DNA of 64,000 nt from Eledone cirrhosa (lineage: Eukaryota). The position numbers and the translations under genes were made by a program. The stretch is from contig OZ024748.1 in assembly GCA_964016885.1 (NCBI GenBank), positions 20,770,001 to 20,834,000 on the forward strand, given 5' to 3'. The notes beneath the pieces were generated by a model. It worked only from the letters and a program-made list of their open reading frames with translations, was not told where the DNA came from and did not search any database. How positions within the stretch are numbered: position 1 is the stretch's first letter; each line of letters starts with the position of its first letter. Shown in pieces: positions 1 to 14,932 of this stretch.

Positions 1-400
1 AGGTATGAGTAAGGGGATAAAGATGGAATAGACGCACCGTATGTCCTTCAGTAGACTAAACCCTATGCGTAAGATGGCGCTGCCACTACCACGTTGACCA
101 TCCACTGGACATAGAAATATCATTCCTTGAAGCAAATCGACCTAATACTTCAAAAGTTAAAAGGAGCTTAGTATTTGTACACAGACAGATACACACACGA
201 AATCGATTTTTCGGCCCCAATATCGATTTTTTTTCAAATTTGTTTTTGTCCAAAACCTGCTCTGGCATATAAGCAACATGTGTGCCAAATTTGGTTGAAA
301 TCGGCCTAGTACTTCAAAGGTTAAAAGGAGCCTAGTATTTGTACACAGACACACAGACAGACACACACACACACACAGACCGACTTGCTTTTATATATAT
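1..400. mobile_element. End of a non-autonomous Helitron/Helentron-like element (truncated by window edge)
   Basis: Two imperfect copies of AATCG.CCTARTACTTCAAA.GTTAAAAGGAGC.TAGTATTTGTACACAGACA (~136-190, ~299-351), CAAATTTGGTTGAAATCGG, (ACAG/AC)n tract, then CTTTTATATAT. Layout resembles invertebrate microsatellite-bearing rolling-circle elements. Confidence 0.35.
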
Positions 401-410
401 ATATATATAT

Positions 411-872
411 ACAATGATATTAAATAAATGGAAACTATATTTATAAAATCATATTTATTTTATTATATATAAAATAAATATGATTTTTATTTTATTATTA
501 TATCATATTTATTTTATTATTTATATTATTATATCATAATATTTTATTATTATATCATATTTATTTTATTATTTATATTATTATATCATAATATTTTATT
601 ATTATATCATATTTATTTTATTATTTATATTATTATATCATATTATTTTATTATTATATCATATTTATTTTATTATTTATATTATTATATCATATTATTT
701 TATTATCATATATTTATTTTATTATTTATAAAATAAATATGATTTTATAAATATAGTTTCCATTTATTTAATATCATTGAATATTTACTCCAGTAAAACT
801 GTTGAGTGCTATAGATTAGTTATAAACATTTATATTTGTCGGACTTCCAACAAATTAAATACCCCTTCTACT
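411..872 (+). mobile_element. PLE-type inverted pLTR remnant with internal AT-rich tandem repeat
   Basis: 412-460 is the reverse complement of ~731-779. The tail carries TGTTGAGTGC. The arm matches sequence just 3' of the HHR at 58292-58354. Flanked by (TA)n. Confidence 0.6.
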
Positions 873-1675
<803 letters not shown>

Positions 1676-1680
<5 letters not shown>

Positions 1681-2232
1681 TATATTATATTTTTTAATTT
1701 ATTTTGAAAAATTGGTTGAATTTTACTTGTTCTGCTTATCTTAATATTAAAGTTCTGGTATATCAAAATAATACCATCGAACCACCTTGAATCATAGACA
1801 ACCTATGTATTTCCAGGGGTACTTAGTATCTTTGGACATATTAACTTCATTCATTTTCTCCGTTATGTAGAGAACAAATCTGTTGTTCTATTTAGCTGCT
1901 ATTTTTTTTAGTAGTAATTAGAGACAGCAAGTCTATGGTTTTCCCGCTTTTAAGTCGGTCCGGTTTACATACGGGTCACTTTTACGACCTTTCAGACCTG
2001 TATTAGCTGGCAGGAGGTCATATATGTTATCGTTCCTGGGTCGTTTAGCCCTAGGAAAGGAAAATGCTTCTCTGATGAGCTTTGGTTTTCCATCAGATAT
2101 CCATTGGATTCTGGGGTTTTACAAAGCGAAACTGATCAGTAAGGGGCATTAGAAGAGGTAAATATTTATATTATATTTTTTAATTTATTTTGAAAAATTG
2201 GTTGAATTTTACTTGTTCTGCTTATCTTAATA
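1676..2232 (+). mobile_element. Retrozyme-like non-autonomous element, 486-nt unit with ~65-70 nt terminal direct repeat
   Basis: 1681-1746 is repeated at 2167-2232. Contains an intact HHR, has no ORF, and has (TA)n on both sides. Confidence 0.75.
2063..2150 (+). ncRNA. Type I hammerhead ribozyme, canonical core
   Basis: Stem I AAUGCUUCU/AGGGGCAUU (9 bp, 2 GU); CUGAUGA; stem II GCUUUG/CAAAGC; GAA; palindromic stem III ACUGAUCAGU; GUA triplet, cut predicted after 2141. Confidence 0.9.
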
Positions 2233-2289
2233 TATATATATATATATATATGAATTATAATAATCAAAGAACTGTTCAAAACATTTTTA

Positions 2290-2336
2290 TGCTTACAACT
2301 GTTTCCTCCAAACCGAGGTTTGGTTTCTTCGGAGCA
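2290..2336 (-). ncRNA. Hammerhead-like motif with U4C core change
   Basis: UGCU-CCGAAGA-aaCCAAAC cucg GUUUGGag-GAAAC aguu GUA-AGCA. Confidence 0.55.
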
Positions 2337-2627
2337 ATTTATTATTGAATGAACACTTATATGACCTCCTTTTCACCCAAGAGACATACAGATACATATG
2401 CAAATATTGTGGGTCAACATTCATGATAACATTTTGAGTGGTAGTACACACTTAGAGATTACATTCATATTAAAAGATACAATCAAAAATACAGGTTAAA
2501 ATACAACATGAAATTAAGCGGTTATATAGTGCAAAGGTTATATGTGTGGCAAGCACGTGCGTCTTGTTTATATAGTGTGGCAGAGAGTTAAGTGTAGTAG
2601 AAGCACTTAAGCAGGTAATCGAGAGTC

Positions 2628-2782
2628 TTAAGGTTGTTGATCTGGTGATGAATTCTTTATATGATTGTTATAGCATTTCTAATATTTTTAATGCTTACAC
2701 TATTTTTAATACTTATATTATTTCTCCACACACAGACTATAACAATCATATAAAGAATTCATCACCAGATCAACAACCTTAA
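2628..2782. repeat. Perfect 46-bp inverted repeat within a probable PLE remnant (~2252-3150)
   Basis: 2628-2673 is the exact reverse complement of 2737-2782. Confidence 0.85.
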
Positions 2783-3159
2783 CGGCATGAAAACTATAAA
2801 CTGGGTCGCCCTGCCCTAACCATAACACCCCGGTGGGCAGGCGGTATAAACAAACATCTGTGAACCAAATGTACATCGCAGACCCTTCTCGAACAAGCAT
2901 TGGTGGAATTATTTCTCCCAGTTTATTTAAATATTTATGAATTGAAATGTCGTTAACCTTAACCGGACTATTCCCTTTCAAACGTAACTTGTTCCCAAAT
3001 AAATTTTAATAAATAATATTGTGACAGCAACTTGTCAGAAACTTCACACAAAGCTTCCTTTAATGTCATGTATAACCTATGTAGGATCTGTATTGATAAT
3101 ATTTTTGTGGATCATCTTGAATCAAATCTAACGGTTAAGTTGAGGGGAAAATTAAATGT

Positions 3160-3400
3160 CTTCTTCTTCTTCTTCTTCTTCTTCTTCTTCTTCTTCTTCT
3201 TCTTCTTCTTCTTCTTCTTCTTCTTCTTCTTCTTCTTCTTCTTCTTCTTCTTCTTCTTCTTCTTCTTCTATCACTTATTCCTGAGAGGGTCGTGGTGGGA
3301 GGCAGAGCCCTCAAACACTCCTTCCAGTAGTTCCTGTCAGAGCATCCCTCTCCAACTGATCCGGCTGGATTCCCAAGCGAGACCTCAAGTGAGGTTGCAA
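3160..3400 (-). mobile_element. RTE LINE 3' end with expanded (GAA)n tail
   Basis: CACTTATTCCTGAGAGGGTCGTGG... matches the 3' end of the RTE at 39290-39775; (TTC)n at 3160-3268. Confidence 0.7.
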
Positions 3401-3809
3401 TGATTATTTCACATTACTGTGGTTTTGTTGTTGTTAAAGTAAAACAACATTGTAAAATATTACAACAATACAACTTGATTATAAGGAAGCTTTTCTCTAT
3501 ATACTCCTACATTGGTTTGTGTTTTACAGCCATGAAAATATTGACAAATGTTTGTAAAGCTTCTTGTCAAGTGGTGAGTTTGCAGAGTTATTAAGGCATC
3601 AGATTAAATATCTGCTTTGATAAATTTACGTGTAAGTGGCTGAGCATTCCACAGATATGTGTACCCCTGTTGTAATTCTCAGGAAGATTCAGGATCACAC
3701 AATGTGTGACAATGCTGGCAAATTTATAAGAGATAGATAAACAGATAGATAAATTTCTTTATTAGCCACAGATAGATAGATAGATAGATAGATAGATATA
3801 TATATATAT

Positions 3810-3885
<76 letters not shown>

Positions 3886-3887
<2 letters not shown>

Positions 3888-4392
3888 TTCTTTATTAGCC
3901 ACAAGGGCGCAACAAGAAAGGGGACAATACAAAGACATGCAGGGGATTTTACATACAGTCGTGTAAAAAATATAAAAACAAACAATTTCAACAATCGAAA
4001 TCCCCAATAGGGGGGAGGCGCCACAAATGGGTTGTTTAATACCCCGTCGATAGAACAACCCTCAACTCAAGGAGCGTGTTGTGCAAGTGCTCCTTTCTTC
4101 CTTTTGCTCTCTTCCTCAACCTACAGGCTTATAAACAGAGAAGGCCCAATCACTCGGGCCATTTTCGCTTCATTCACCCACCTTTCAGTAAATTTACTGG
4201 GGTGCAGTGCCTCTCTCTCCACCCTGATTCTCCTTCTAAAGTGATACTTAAAGAATGGAATCAATTGTTGTCCGGAGAGAAAGGCATCTGTCCTCAGTCC
4301 TCTCAACCTCGTCCACCATATAACTTCTTTCACCATAGCCACCGTACAGAGGAAAACCGCCTCTCTTTCGTTTTTGAAAGAGTCTGGCGGTT
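3886..4392 (-). mobile_element. L1/Tx1-like LINE 3' fragment inserted in (GATA)n
   Basis: Translation [11 protein letters not shown]...FFKYHFRRRIRVEREAL...FTERW resembles the Tx1 ORF2 C-terminus; AATAAA at the 3' end; a second bare terminus at ~3752-3769. Confidence 0.7.
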
Positions 4393-4523
4393 TGATAGAT
4401 AGATAGATAGATAGATAGTTACATAGATAGATAGATGGCTAGATCGATCGATAGATATAGATAGATAGGTAGGTAGGTAGGTAGGTAGATAAATACATAG
4501 ATAGGCAGATAAATAGATAGAAG

Positions 4524-4590
<67 letters not shown>

Positions 4591-5321
4591 GGTTTGCAGA
4601 AGTGCAGTCGCTGCAGATTTTCTCTACTTGGAGATTTTACTCAATAACATAAGTACTTTTCCTAAATTCAATATGTCGTCGAAAGTGGAAAAAAATTTGA
4701 AAGATTTTGTAATTATTGTAGACAGTAGATTGTTGTCTATATTTCAGTGAAGGAGGCTTTAATTCTTCATTAGAGACCAATGAGTACCTTGTTTATTGAA
4801 GAAATATCGACGATATAAAAATATTAGTATGCGCAAGCACACACATACACACAAGCGCGCGTGCCCACACATACACTCACACACGCACACACACACACAC
4901 ACAGACACATACACTCACACAGAGATACAAGCATATGCAGATGTATATCTATAAACAAGTACATTTACATATATACATATGTGTACTCATATATATATAT
5001 ATAAAGAGAGAGAAGTGGAGGAGGAATAGAGAGAGAGAGGGGGGGTTATAGAGACAGACAAGCAAGTACAGATACACACACATACATAAACACACATACG
5101 GAGACGTACACATACGGAGACGTACACATACGTAGACACACACATACATACATAGACACACATACACAGACGTACACATACGTAGACACACACATACGTC
5201 GACACAAACATACGTAGACATATGCATACAAGCCAACATACAAACTTACACCGTCATATATACATATACAGTATATACGTAGTAAGACTAACACACACAC
5301 AAACACATACACACACACAAA

Positions 5322-5368
<47 letters not shown>

Positions 5369-5369
5369 T

Positions 5370-5400
<31 letters not shown>

Positions 5401-5407
<7 letters not shown>

Positions 5408-5650
5408 AAAACAATGGAATTAAACAAAAAACGGTTAATTAAAAAAAATAAATAAATAATGAGTTTTACTATGAATTAACCGTTTTTTGTTTAATTTCAT
5501 TGTTTTAATATTTCTATTTTTGACTCTGTATCCAATGAATTATGTCGTTGAAAATTTTGTATTTTAAACTTTGCTTCACGACATCTTCTACATACGGATT
5601 ACATTGAGTTCTTCATACGGTTTAGACCCTCCCATTGATTGGTAGATTTA

Positions 5651-5654
<4 letters not shown>
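5401..5654 (+). mobile_element. Family B inverted pLTR remnant (HHR absent)
   Basis: 5401-5440 is inverted at 5474-5513; tail GGATTACATTGAGTTCTTCATACGG...GTAGATTTATCT is shared with the 30543 and 58140 ends. Confidence 0.7.
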
Positions 5655-6215
<561 letters not shown>

Positions 6216-6303
6216 TATGTATATATATATATGTATATATGTATATGTATACACACTCACAACATCGGCCACCACACAATACACACCCATATTTAAAACA
6301 TCC

Positions 6304-6382
<79 letters not shown>

Positions 6383-7023
6383 CCACTCCACACGCATCTA
6401 CTTCTGCACACACCTAACCATCAACCCTTTCTGATGCATGCACATGTATGTGCACCTGCCCTCCGCATACAACACCGACACGCAATCCTGCGCTCACGTC
6501 CACGTGGGCTTGTTTCTCTTGCGCGCTCGTCAGTGTTTTCGTGGTACTCAATGCCATGGCTGTGACATCGTCAGTATTGAATGTTTCCTAACTTTTAGTC
6601 CGCCACACCACTTCCTGGCTCTATCCACTTCACGCCTGTAATGTCTTCATACCTTGTAGCTTAGACGTTTGCGGTTGTACCACTGTATCGTCATATGCGA
6701 AGTTAAGCAGCTTCTCTTACGACCATACCAGGTTGTGAAATATATACAAGCTACTACCATTCTCACTAGCTCTTCTTTTCTACATAGCCCTTCTCGGTTG
6801 CTAATATATGTGTGTGTATGTACGTTTATGTAGAAATTCATGTTCATTCTTATACACCCCCTTACGTCGGTCTGTTCACGTGCGCACGCTCGCTCCCACA
6901 TCCACACTCTCACAGCAGCTAGCTCATCACGGTTCAAGACTTCTCCTTCAAACATACGAACACACCTTCAGGCGTACACACATTCACACACACAAACACA
7001 CACACACACACACACGCACACAT

Positions 7024-7093
<70 letters not shown>

Positions 7094-7298
7094 ACACACA
7101 CACACACATGCATACTCACATGTCCACCCAGTATATACACTGATTATATCTTTTCCTAAACCTCTCTAATGCGCAAGATACCCCTTGACCAGTTACTCTC
7201 CAAGATGGCCGACTGAATACGCACGAAATTTTCCTAAATTTTCCCCGTTCCTTCCTCTTATCACTCTTTACTTTCTATTTATCTTCTATTTCTAACTA

Positions 7299-7334
7299 CT
7301 TTCTGATGAAAGACTAGTGTCCGAAACGGTAAGG
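7299..7334 (+). ncRNA. Minimal hammerhead motif in PLE pLTR-like remnant (~7140-7420)
   Basis: CUUU-CUGAUGA-aaGAC uagu GUCc-GAAAC g GUA-AGG; stems are weak or decayed. Confidence 0.55.
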
Positions 7335-7735
7335 CTCCCTTCCTGCTATTTCAAGTGTTAAAGTAATATATTTCTTCCATGTATTGTACTGTTTGTTTGT
7401 TATTTCTGTCTAACTTTTCCACACACGCGTCGACACAAAAATGCGTAGATAAACGCATACAAATCAACATACACTGTCATACATACATATAAACGTACTA
7501 AGATTAACAAACCCCACACAGACCCCCACCCCACCCCCTCACCCCAACATATATATATATATTGAGAGAGGCTAGCCACCTATTTAATTCTGCAGCACCA
7601 TATCTTTATTCACTTGCGTCTCTTGTAATACAATATATTTTATAGAAGTCTTTAAAATGTCAAATATTCATTAATAATCTAAAATAAATCAATTGAAAAA
7701 TACACGCACAGACACCAGATTACATACACACACAC

Positions 7736-7852
<117 letters not shown>

Positions 7853-8206
7853 TGTATATATATGTGTGCTTCTGTATTTAATAGTTAACATTTAACCATA
7901 TCTTTACCGATACAGTCTAACCACCGTCATCATAGTCTTCAACATACGTAGTCTAAACATTATCAATATAGACCAATCTCTACCCACAGAGATAAACATC
8001 TCCCGACTTTGGAACATAGATATATAAAGTCGTCCTCAGCTGTTAAACAAACACGTCTGTACCACAGCTTTACAAAACACTTGTGGAAGAGATAAGAAAT
8101 TGCAACATAGTTAGCGAAAGAGAAAGGCATGTTGTTTTTATAGTCAAGTTTGTAGTTAAAGAATGTCTGAAATCCTTTCCACCCATTAGTCGAGATCATC
8201 ACTTTG

Positions 8207-8238
<32 letters not shown>

Positions 8239-8241
<3 letters not shown>

Positions 8242-8571
8242 TAAAACAACAGATTAAAGTTTAAGCAAAGAATCGCTGCTTAACGGGATCTTTGCTTAAA
8301 CTTTAATGTTATTTTAATAAATTGTTTCTACTTTAGGCACAAGGCCAGCAATTATCCAGTGCATTACTGGTACTTTTTTATTTTATCGACCCCGTAAGGA
8401 TGAAAGGCAAAGTCAACCTCGGCGGGATTTGAACTCAGATCGTAAAGGGACGTAACTATGCTGGAAAGCATGGCGTCCGACCCTCTTTGCTCTAGGGTTC
8501 TTATATATTTGATATATATTTATCCTTATCGCCCTCTTTGGATTTTAGTCTTCAAATTTATTATTATTACT
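8239..8571. mobile_element. Family C inverted pLTR remnant interrupted by a minus-strand SINE (8321-8486)
   Basis: CAGATTAAAGTTTAAGCAAAG is inverted at ~8290-8318; the tail resumes after the SINE; matches 33530-33960 and 37470-37658. Confidence 0.75.
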
Positions 8572-8737
8572 ATATATATATATATACATGTGGAGAGGTG
8601 ATGTATGTGTGTGTGTGTGTGTGTGCTCATGGGTTTGCGCTATATACAATTTACATAGTTTATGCAGACGTGGTTTTTAAAATAAATATGTTTTCGTTCC
8701 GTTAGTGCCTTCATATCTATCTATCTATCTATCTAAT

Positions 8738-8790
<53 letters not shown>

Positions 8791-8846
8791 ATATATATAT
8801 ATATATATAGATATATATATATAAATATATAGATATAGATATATAG

Positions 8847-8894
<48 letters not shown>

Positions 8895-9001
8895 ATTTAT
8901 ATAGATAGATATGTGTGTATATATATATGTGTGTGTGTGTGTATACATATATATGTATGTCTATATATATGTGTGTATATATATATATGTATATATATAT
9001 G

Positions 9002-9086
<85 letters not shown>

Positions 9087-9359
9087 AAATATATATATAT
9101 ATAAGCAAAAATCGGTACATAAATATATATATATATATAAGTGTGTCAAGTGTGTGTGTTATAAATATGTGTAAATACGAACATATAGAATTACGTCTGG
9201 GTGAAATAAATACAAAATGAAGGAGAAAGAAACCGCCACACATACGAATAGTGAGAACTACGACATACTGCTGGTCGATTCTAGCACAATGTCTCCTTCT
9301 CACTTCTTCTGTATCATTCTCACTTCTTCTCTGGAAGAAATAGACCAGGTATGGGCAAC

Positions 9360-9865
<506 letters not shown>

Positions 9866-10294
9866 TTCTTTCTTCTCATGTTTATATATATATATATATA
9901 TATATAAACATGAGAAGAAAGAAAAATACTGCGTGGTTGCACATGGGTTACATATGATAAAATTAACCCTCGTCAGTGATTTCCCAACCATCATTGATAT
10001 TTCATCGCATTAAAAATCATATACCTCAGGTTTGTGCGAGCAATAACTAAAAAAAGCTATTGGGACAAGTAAATCGCGTAAAGCGAGTGAGACAAGTAAA
10101 CAACATAGAAGGATAAAAGCAAACCGAAGATAGGAAAATAAACAAGCAACGTGTTATCCGGTCAGCATAAGCTGGGTGGATTTCATGTGCGATCAAGATA
10201 CAGACCGTCCGAGGTGAGTGAGATGTGAGCAATAAGAGACCCCACTACTAGCCAAACGGGAGGAAGTGAGAAGGGGAGAAACAGAAGGGGAGAA

Positions 10295-10325
<31 letters not shown>

Positions 10326-10373
10326 CAGAGATAGAGAGAGAGAGAGAATAAGTAGAAAGACAGATAGATAAAC

Positions 10374-10407
<34 letters not shown>

Positions 10408-10408
10408 T

Positions 10409-10441
<33 letters not shown>

Positions 10442-10756
10442 GATTGTGCAACACAAATGCGTTTCGTATGTAAAAACAAAATGTCTGCCTATGGTCTTTT
10501 ACAAGCACAGTTAAGATTAAGCAGATGATAGACACTTAGCCTTAATTTGAAAGAAGATGGTTTGCAAAACCTAGTGTTGCGTAATGAGTCGATCGTTCTG
10601 ATAAAGCATAGATGTATAGAGTTTCTACTGATTTGGCTGTTTGTTTGTTACACATGCTTAGTCTTAAACTGATACTCTATACAAAGCTCTATATAATATA
10701 TATATATATATACATATATACATATATATACATATATATTATTTTTTATTATTATT

Positions 10757-11128
10757 GCCATCTGTCGGTCTCGAAAGACCATGGATCTGCGCCTGGAGGA
10801 TTTTCTGTCAGCTGCTGACGGCGGGGCAATACCTGCTGAGGCGCTGCAGCCCGACATGGGAGTGGCAGTCATGTATACAGCGACTGCATTTGTTGATGCT
10901 TTCCTCCGGTGCTACTGTGTTGTTCGTTTCTCGAACACACTTTTCCACGAAGGCAAGTTTTAGTTACTTCTCCCTTCGTTCCATTCCTTTGTGCAGTACT
11001 CGTCTCCATGTTGAGCGACCTTCTCCCATCTCTGGGTGTCCAGGTCTACATCTCTGGGTGTCCAGGTCTATGGACTTCCTATTCCTCCTGCAGATGTCTT
11101 TGAAACGAAGATGAGATCGTCCTCGTAC
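10757..11128 (-). mobile_element. RTE (BovB-like) LINE 3' end, decayed
   Basis: Minus-strand RGRSHLRFKDICRRN...RSTWRRVLHKG...CSRCIHDCHSHVGL; (TAA)n tail. Confidence 0.7.
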
Positions 11129-11260
11129 TAAATGAAATTTGGCGTAAACTAAAAAAAATATGTTAGTGGAGAGTAGTAAAATTAATTACGAAGGTGCTTT
11201 TCATCTAAATTCAGGGTAAAATTGTACTTTACTTCATTTACTTCATTCATTTATTTACGG

Positions 11261-11452
11261 GGCGGTGGATTGGCAGAATCGGTAGAGCGTCGGACACCAT
11301 GCTTTGCAGCATAGAGTTATGGTATTTTTATGTTCTGAGTTCAAATTCTGCCATGGTTAGTTTTGCCTTTCATCCTTACGGTGTCGACAAAATAAAGTAC
11401 CAGTAGTGTACTGGGATAATTGCTGGCCTTGTGCCAAAGGTAGAAACAATTA
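11261..11452 (+). mobile_element. tRNA-derived SINE family 1
   Basis: GGCGGTGGATTGGCAG (A box)...GAGTTCAAAT (B box)...GCCTTTCATCCTTACGGxGTCGA..AAATAAAGTACCAG...TAGAAACAATTAT. Confidence 0.85.
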
Positions 11453-11996
11453 TAATAACTATTTTCAGTTCTGTTAAATTAATGATAATAATTATAACAT
11501 TGTGTTTTTTTATGTACATTTTTATACATAGATTTGGAGAACATTCTATTATATAAATTTATATAATTCTGGAAAATTGTCCATCTTTCTATATATATTT
11601 TTATTTCATTGTATTATATTATAGATAATATTGATATATATGTGAAGTGTAATATAGAAAGCGTAATACTTGATGTTTTGAATCGTTGGAAGTTAACTTA
11701 TGAAGAAAAAAAAAATTTTAAGAAATTATAAACTTTCTTTTTCATTTTTTATATTATTATTATATATATATTTTATAAGCCTAACGTATAATTGACTAAC
11801 TACTGTCCTCTTTCTTTTTTCTGGTCAACATACACACATATATCCTCATGTAAAATTACTTCTAATGTTTAATCATGTGTCTGTTAATGTATGGATGTAC
11901 AGAAGTACTAGATTTTGATATACTGAATTTTATACCGCTTCTGCTTTCCTTTAGCTTTTGATTGTGCTTGTAATTTGCAATGTATTATTTGATATG

Positions 11997-12350
11997 GTGA
12001 AGGCATATAGCTTAGGGGTTAGAGCATTGCGCTTACAATTGAGAGGTTGTGAGTTCGATTCTTGGACCCGGTGATGCGTTATGTCCTTGAGCAAGACACT
12101 TTATCTCACGTTGCTCCAGTTCACTCAGCTGTAGAAATGAGTTGCGACGTCACTGCCGCCAAGCTGTATTGGTCATTGCCTTTCCCTTGGACAACATTGG
12201 TGGCGCGGAGAGGGGAGGCTGGTATGCATGGGCGACTACTGGTCTTCCACAAAACAAACCTTGCCCAGGCTTGTGTCTCGAAGGGATACTTTCTAGGTGA
12301 AAAACCACGGCCATTCGTGACCTTATGGGGCCATGGAATTGATATGGTAT
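11997..12350 (+). mobile_element. tRNA-derived SINE family 2, long variant
   Basis: tRNA-like head with B box GAGTTCGATTC and central GTCCTTGAGCAAGACACTT. Confidence 0.75.
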
Positions 12351-12416
12351 GAACCTCATCTATGGTATGGAGTTAACTCTTGTATGTCATACTGTTGAAA
12401 CTTCTAATAATATCTA

Positions 12417-12505
12417 AATTCCTGAAGATATGTAGAGCAATAGACAGATACCTCGTATGTACCGTAATAAGGCCCACCGCTCTACATTGAAACACTTGTC
12501 AAAAT
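12417..12505 (+). ncRNA. Hammerhead motif with perfect 9-bp stem II and decayed stem I
   Basis: CUGAAGA-u-AUGUAGAGC...GCUCUACAU-u-GAAAC acuu GUC. Confidence 0.7.
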
Positions 12506-12734
12506 AAAAATATGTTTTAAGCATAACTTAGTTCTTCTCTCTCTATTAATAAATTTTGAGTTCTGCAGCCCATAGCCTAACAGTCTACATCAGAATTTCC
12601 AACGGCTGGGAAAATCCTCAGCCGATTTTGAATTACTGCTGTATCAAGGAAACTACATAACATCGAGCTTTTCTCATCTTTACCAGGATCTATATTGGAA
12701 AGCCCCAATATCTCCATAAATATATACCTCACCA

Positions 12735-12987
12735 GTGCCCTCCCAACACCCACCCGCCTTACATTCCCTCTCACCTACCACCCCATCACCCTACCACTCC
12801 GGTGACATATCCTCCATTCCTTCTGCACCCTCTCTTCTGATCCCGTCACTTCTCGTTTTTTTTCCTAACCCACCTATTACCGCATCTAAGCGCGCCCATA
12901 ACTTCCAGGTACGTAGTTCCTTCTCGTCCTCTCCTACGACTCCACCCGGCTCTCATCATTGTTCTCGTCCCCGCTGCAAAACCTGTC

Positions 12988-12992
<5 letters not shown>
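12735..12992 (+). pseudogene. Penelope-like element ORF remnant (RT thumb to Cys/His linker before GIY-YIG)
   Basis: Frameshifted translation FPLTYHPITLPLR*HILHSF..LSSDPVTSRFFPNPPITASKRAHN...VRS...[16 protein letters not shown] matches the PLE linker pattern. Confidence 0.75.
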
Positions 12993-13067
<75 letters not shown>

Positions 13068-13242
13068 TGAATATAAAAGAGAGATAAACACAAATATAAA
13101 CATACATGTGTTCGAATTGTAAAGGACCAGGTTCACTAGGGTGAAAAAGATACTAACTATAACAATATGGTTTGCCAGACTTAATTTAAAGTAATAAATC
13201 AAGAAAAAGAAGAACAGACCTATATTGGGCAACTGCCTGAAA

Positions 13243-13318
13243 CACCCAGACAGTTATATGAACTGTTTTGCAAATTATTAAGCGAAGGAATCACTAACTT
13301 TCTGCTCATCAGTAGTTG
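13243..13318 (-). ncRNA. Decayed hammerhead (G12A at a CpG)
   Basis: CUA-CUGAUGA-GCAGA...UUUGC-AAAAC AGUU cauau AACU GUC-UGG; 6-bp stem III intact. Confidence 0.6.
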
Positions 13319-13466
13319 TTAAAAATTAGCAATCCTTCCACTTCTAAGTATATCAGAAGACTGAATGGTGTGCGATATGAAATAACGCGGATATCTTCAG
13401 AGCCTAGCTTGTCTCTTAAACATATATATATATGTACTTTCTCCTCCGCTATATATATATATATAT

Positions 13467-13808
13467 TGTATGCCCTTTGTGTTTGTGTAGCCTCTGCGCA
13501 CCCTCTGCACCATACTATCGACGCCACCCCATCTATGGTTCTGCTAACCACCCGACTCCCAGGAATGAATATGACCGCAGCTAGTAAACAAGGACCCACA
13601 CCCCACCCTCCCACACCAAAATTAGACTTATCGTCCCCTACTTTTGCTCTTTACTCTCTTTACTCTTTGTTCTTGAGTGTTTGGTTGGTAGAGTCCATAA
13701 CACCAATCAAACCCCTTTTATAGCTCTGACGAATCCTACGGTTACGTAAGGAAGAAACATTGTAAGCCAATAAAAATCTGTTGATGTTGTAGACGCTCTT
13801 GTGTTCTT

Positions 13809-13813
<5 letters not shown>
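13467..13813 (+). mobile_element. PLE 3' end: GIY-YIG terminal motif followed by HHR (13721-13769)
   Basis: LLTTRLPGMN resembles the L.T..P.G(L/M)N end of PLE ORFs; GCU-CUGACGA-aUCCU ACG guua CGU a AGGAa-GAAAC auu GUA-AGC. Confidence 0.7.
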
Positions 13814-13864
<51 letters not shown>

Positions 13865-13865
<1 letters not shown>

Positions 13866-14084
13866 AAATCGATCGACTTTCGTCAAATCGGACCGAGGAA
13901 ACAATGTTTCCGTTGGTCTTTCCATTTGCTAGTACTATCTATCGGTCGCAACTCCAGGTAGAAGGAGCAACGTGAAATAAAGTGTCTTGCCCAAGGACAT
14001 AACGCATCGCCCGGTCCAGGAATCGAACTCACAACCTCAACATTGTGAATCCAATTCTCTAACCACTCAGTTACACGCCTTCAC
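13865..14084 (-). mobile_element. SINE family 2, full length, between TA tracts
   Basis: Homologous to 51242-51456. Confidence 0.8.
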
Positions 14085-14859
14085 ATATTTATATATATAT
14101 ATACATATATATATGTTTCGGTATATATAGATATATATGTATATAGATATATTTATATATATATATATATACATATATATCTCTATATATCGAGAGAGAG
14201 AAAGTGAGAGAGAGAGAGACTGAGAAAAGGCTGTGCTCCAGCATGACCATGGCCCATTCATATGGACGAGTCACAGTAAAAATGTTGAGAAATATTAGCA
14301 CAATCATTATATAGAGAAAGAGAAGTGGAGGATGGCTGGAAAAGTTTTAAATTCACAAAATGCAAATATAGAAAACAATCTAGAAATAATATATTATTAT
14401 TATTATCACTTCACTATTATTATTAATAATAATAATGATAATAAAAACAATAATAACAATTTAAGGTTTACTGCGATAGTATATTTTTGGTTTCATAATT
14501 TCGTTACGCTTCACAGATTTTTAGGAATTTTCACGGTTCCTCATGTATAATCCGATTTAGGAAGCGAAAAATAGAAATGTGTGAAAAAAAACCACTGCTA
14601 ACATCGTTGAGATAAATTTTACTGACAATTTTTTTCACCTTCGAAATTTTAAAATATTTCTCTGAATCTTTTCCTACGTCAACAAATATAATAAACAGTT
14701 CATAAGTATGTTCACTTAACGGTTGAATCATTAATACTTCAGCAAGTTAAAGGTGGGATTTGCACATCTGCCCAACACCGAGGCGCACCAACGAGAGCGA
14801 AGAGTATCTGCGGTTGTTTCCTAAATTTTCAACAAAAAAAAGAGAAAAATAATAATAAC

Positions 14860-14929
<70 letters not shown>

Positions 14930-14932
<3 letters not shown>

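Noticed and set aside
7985-8046. CUGAGGA-CGACUUU...AAAGUCG on the minus strand
   Set aside because: GAAA is replaced by GGAG and no consistent NUH triplet is present.
9920-9982. CUGACGA-GGGUUA...UAACCC on the minus strand
   Set aside because: Good stem II but no GAAA follows; at most a decayed HHR.
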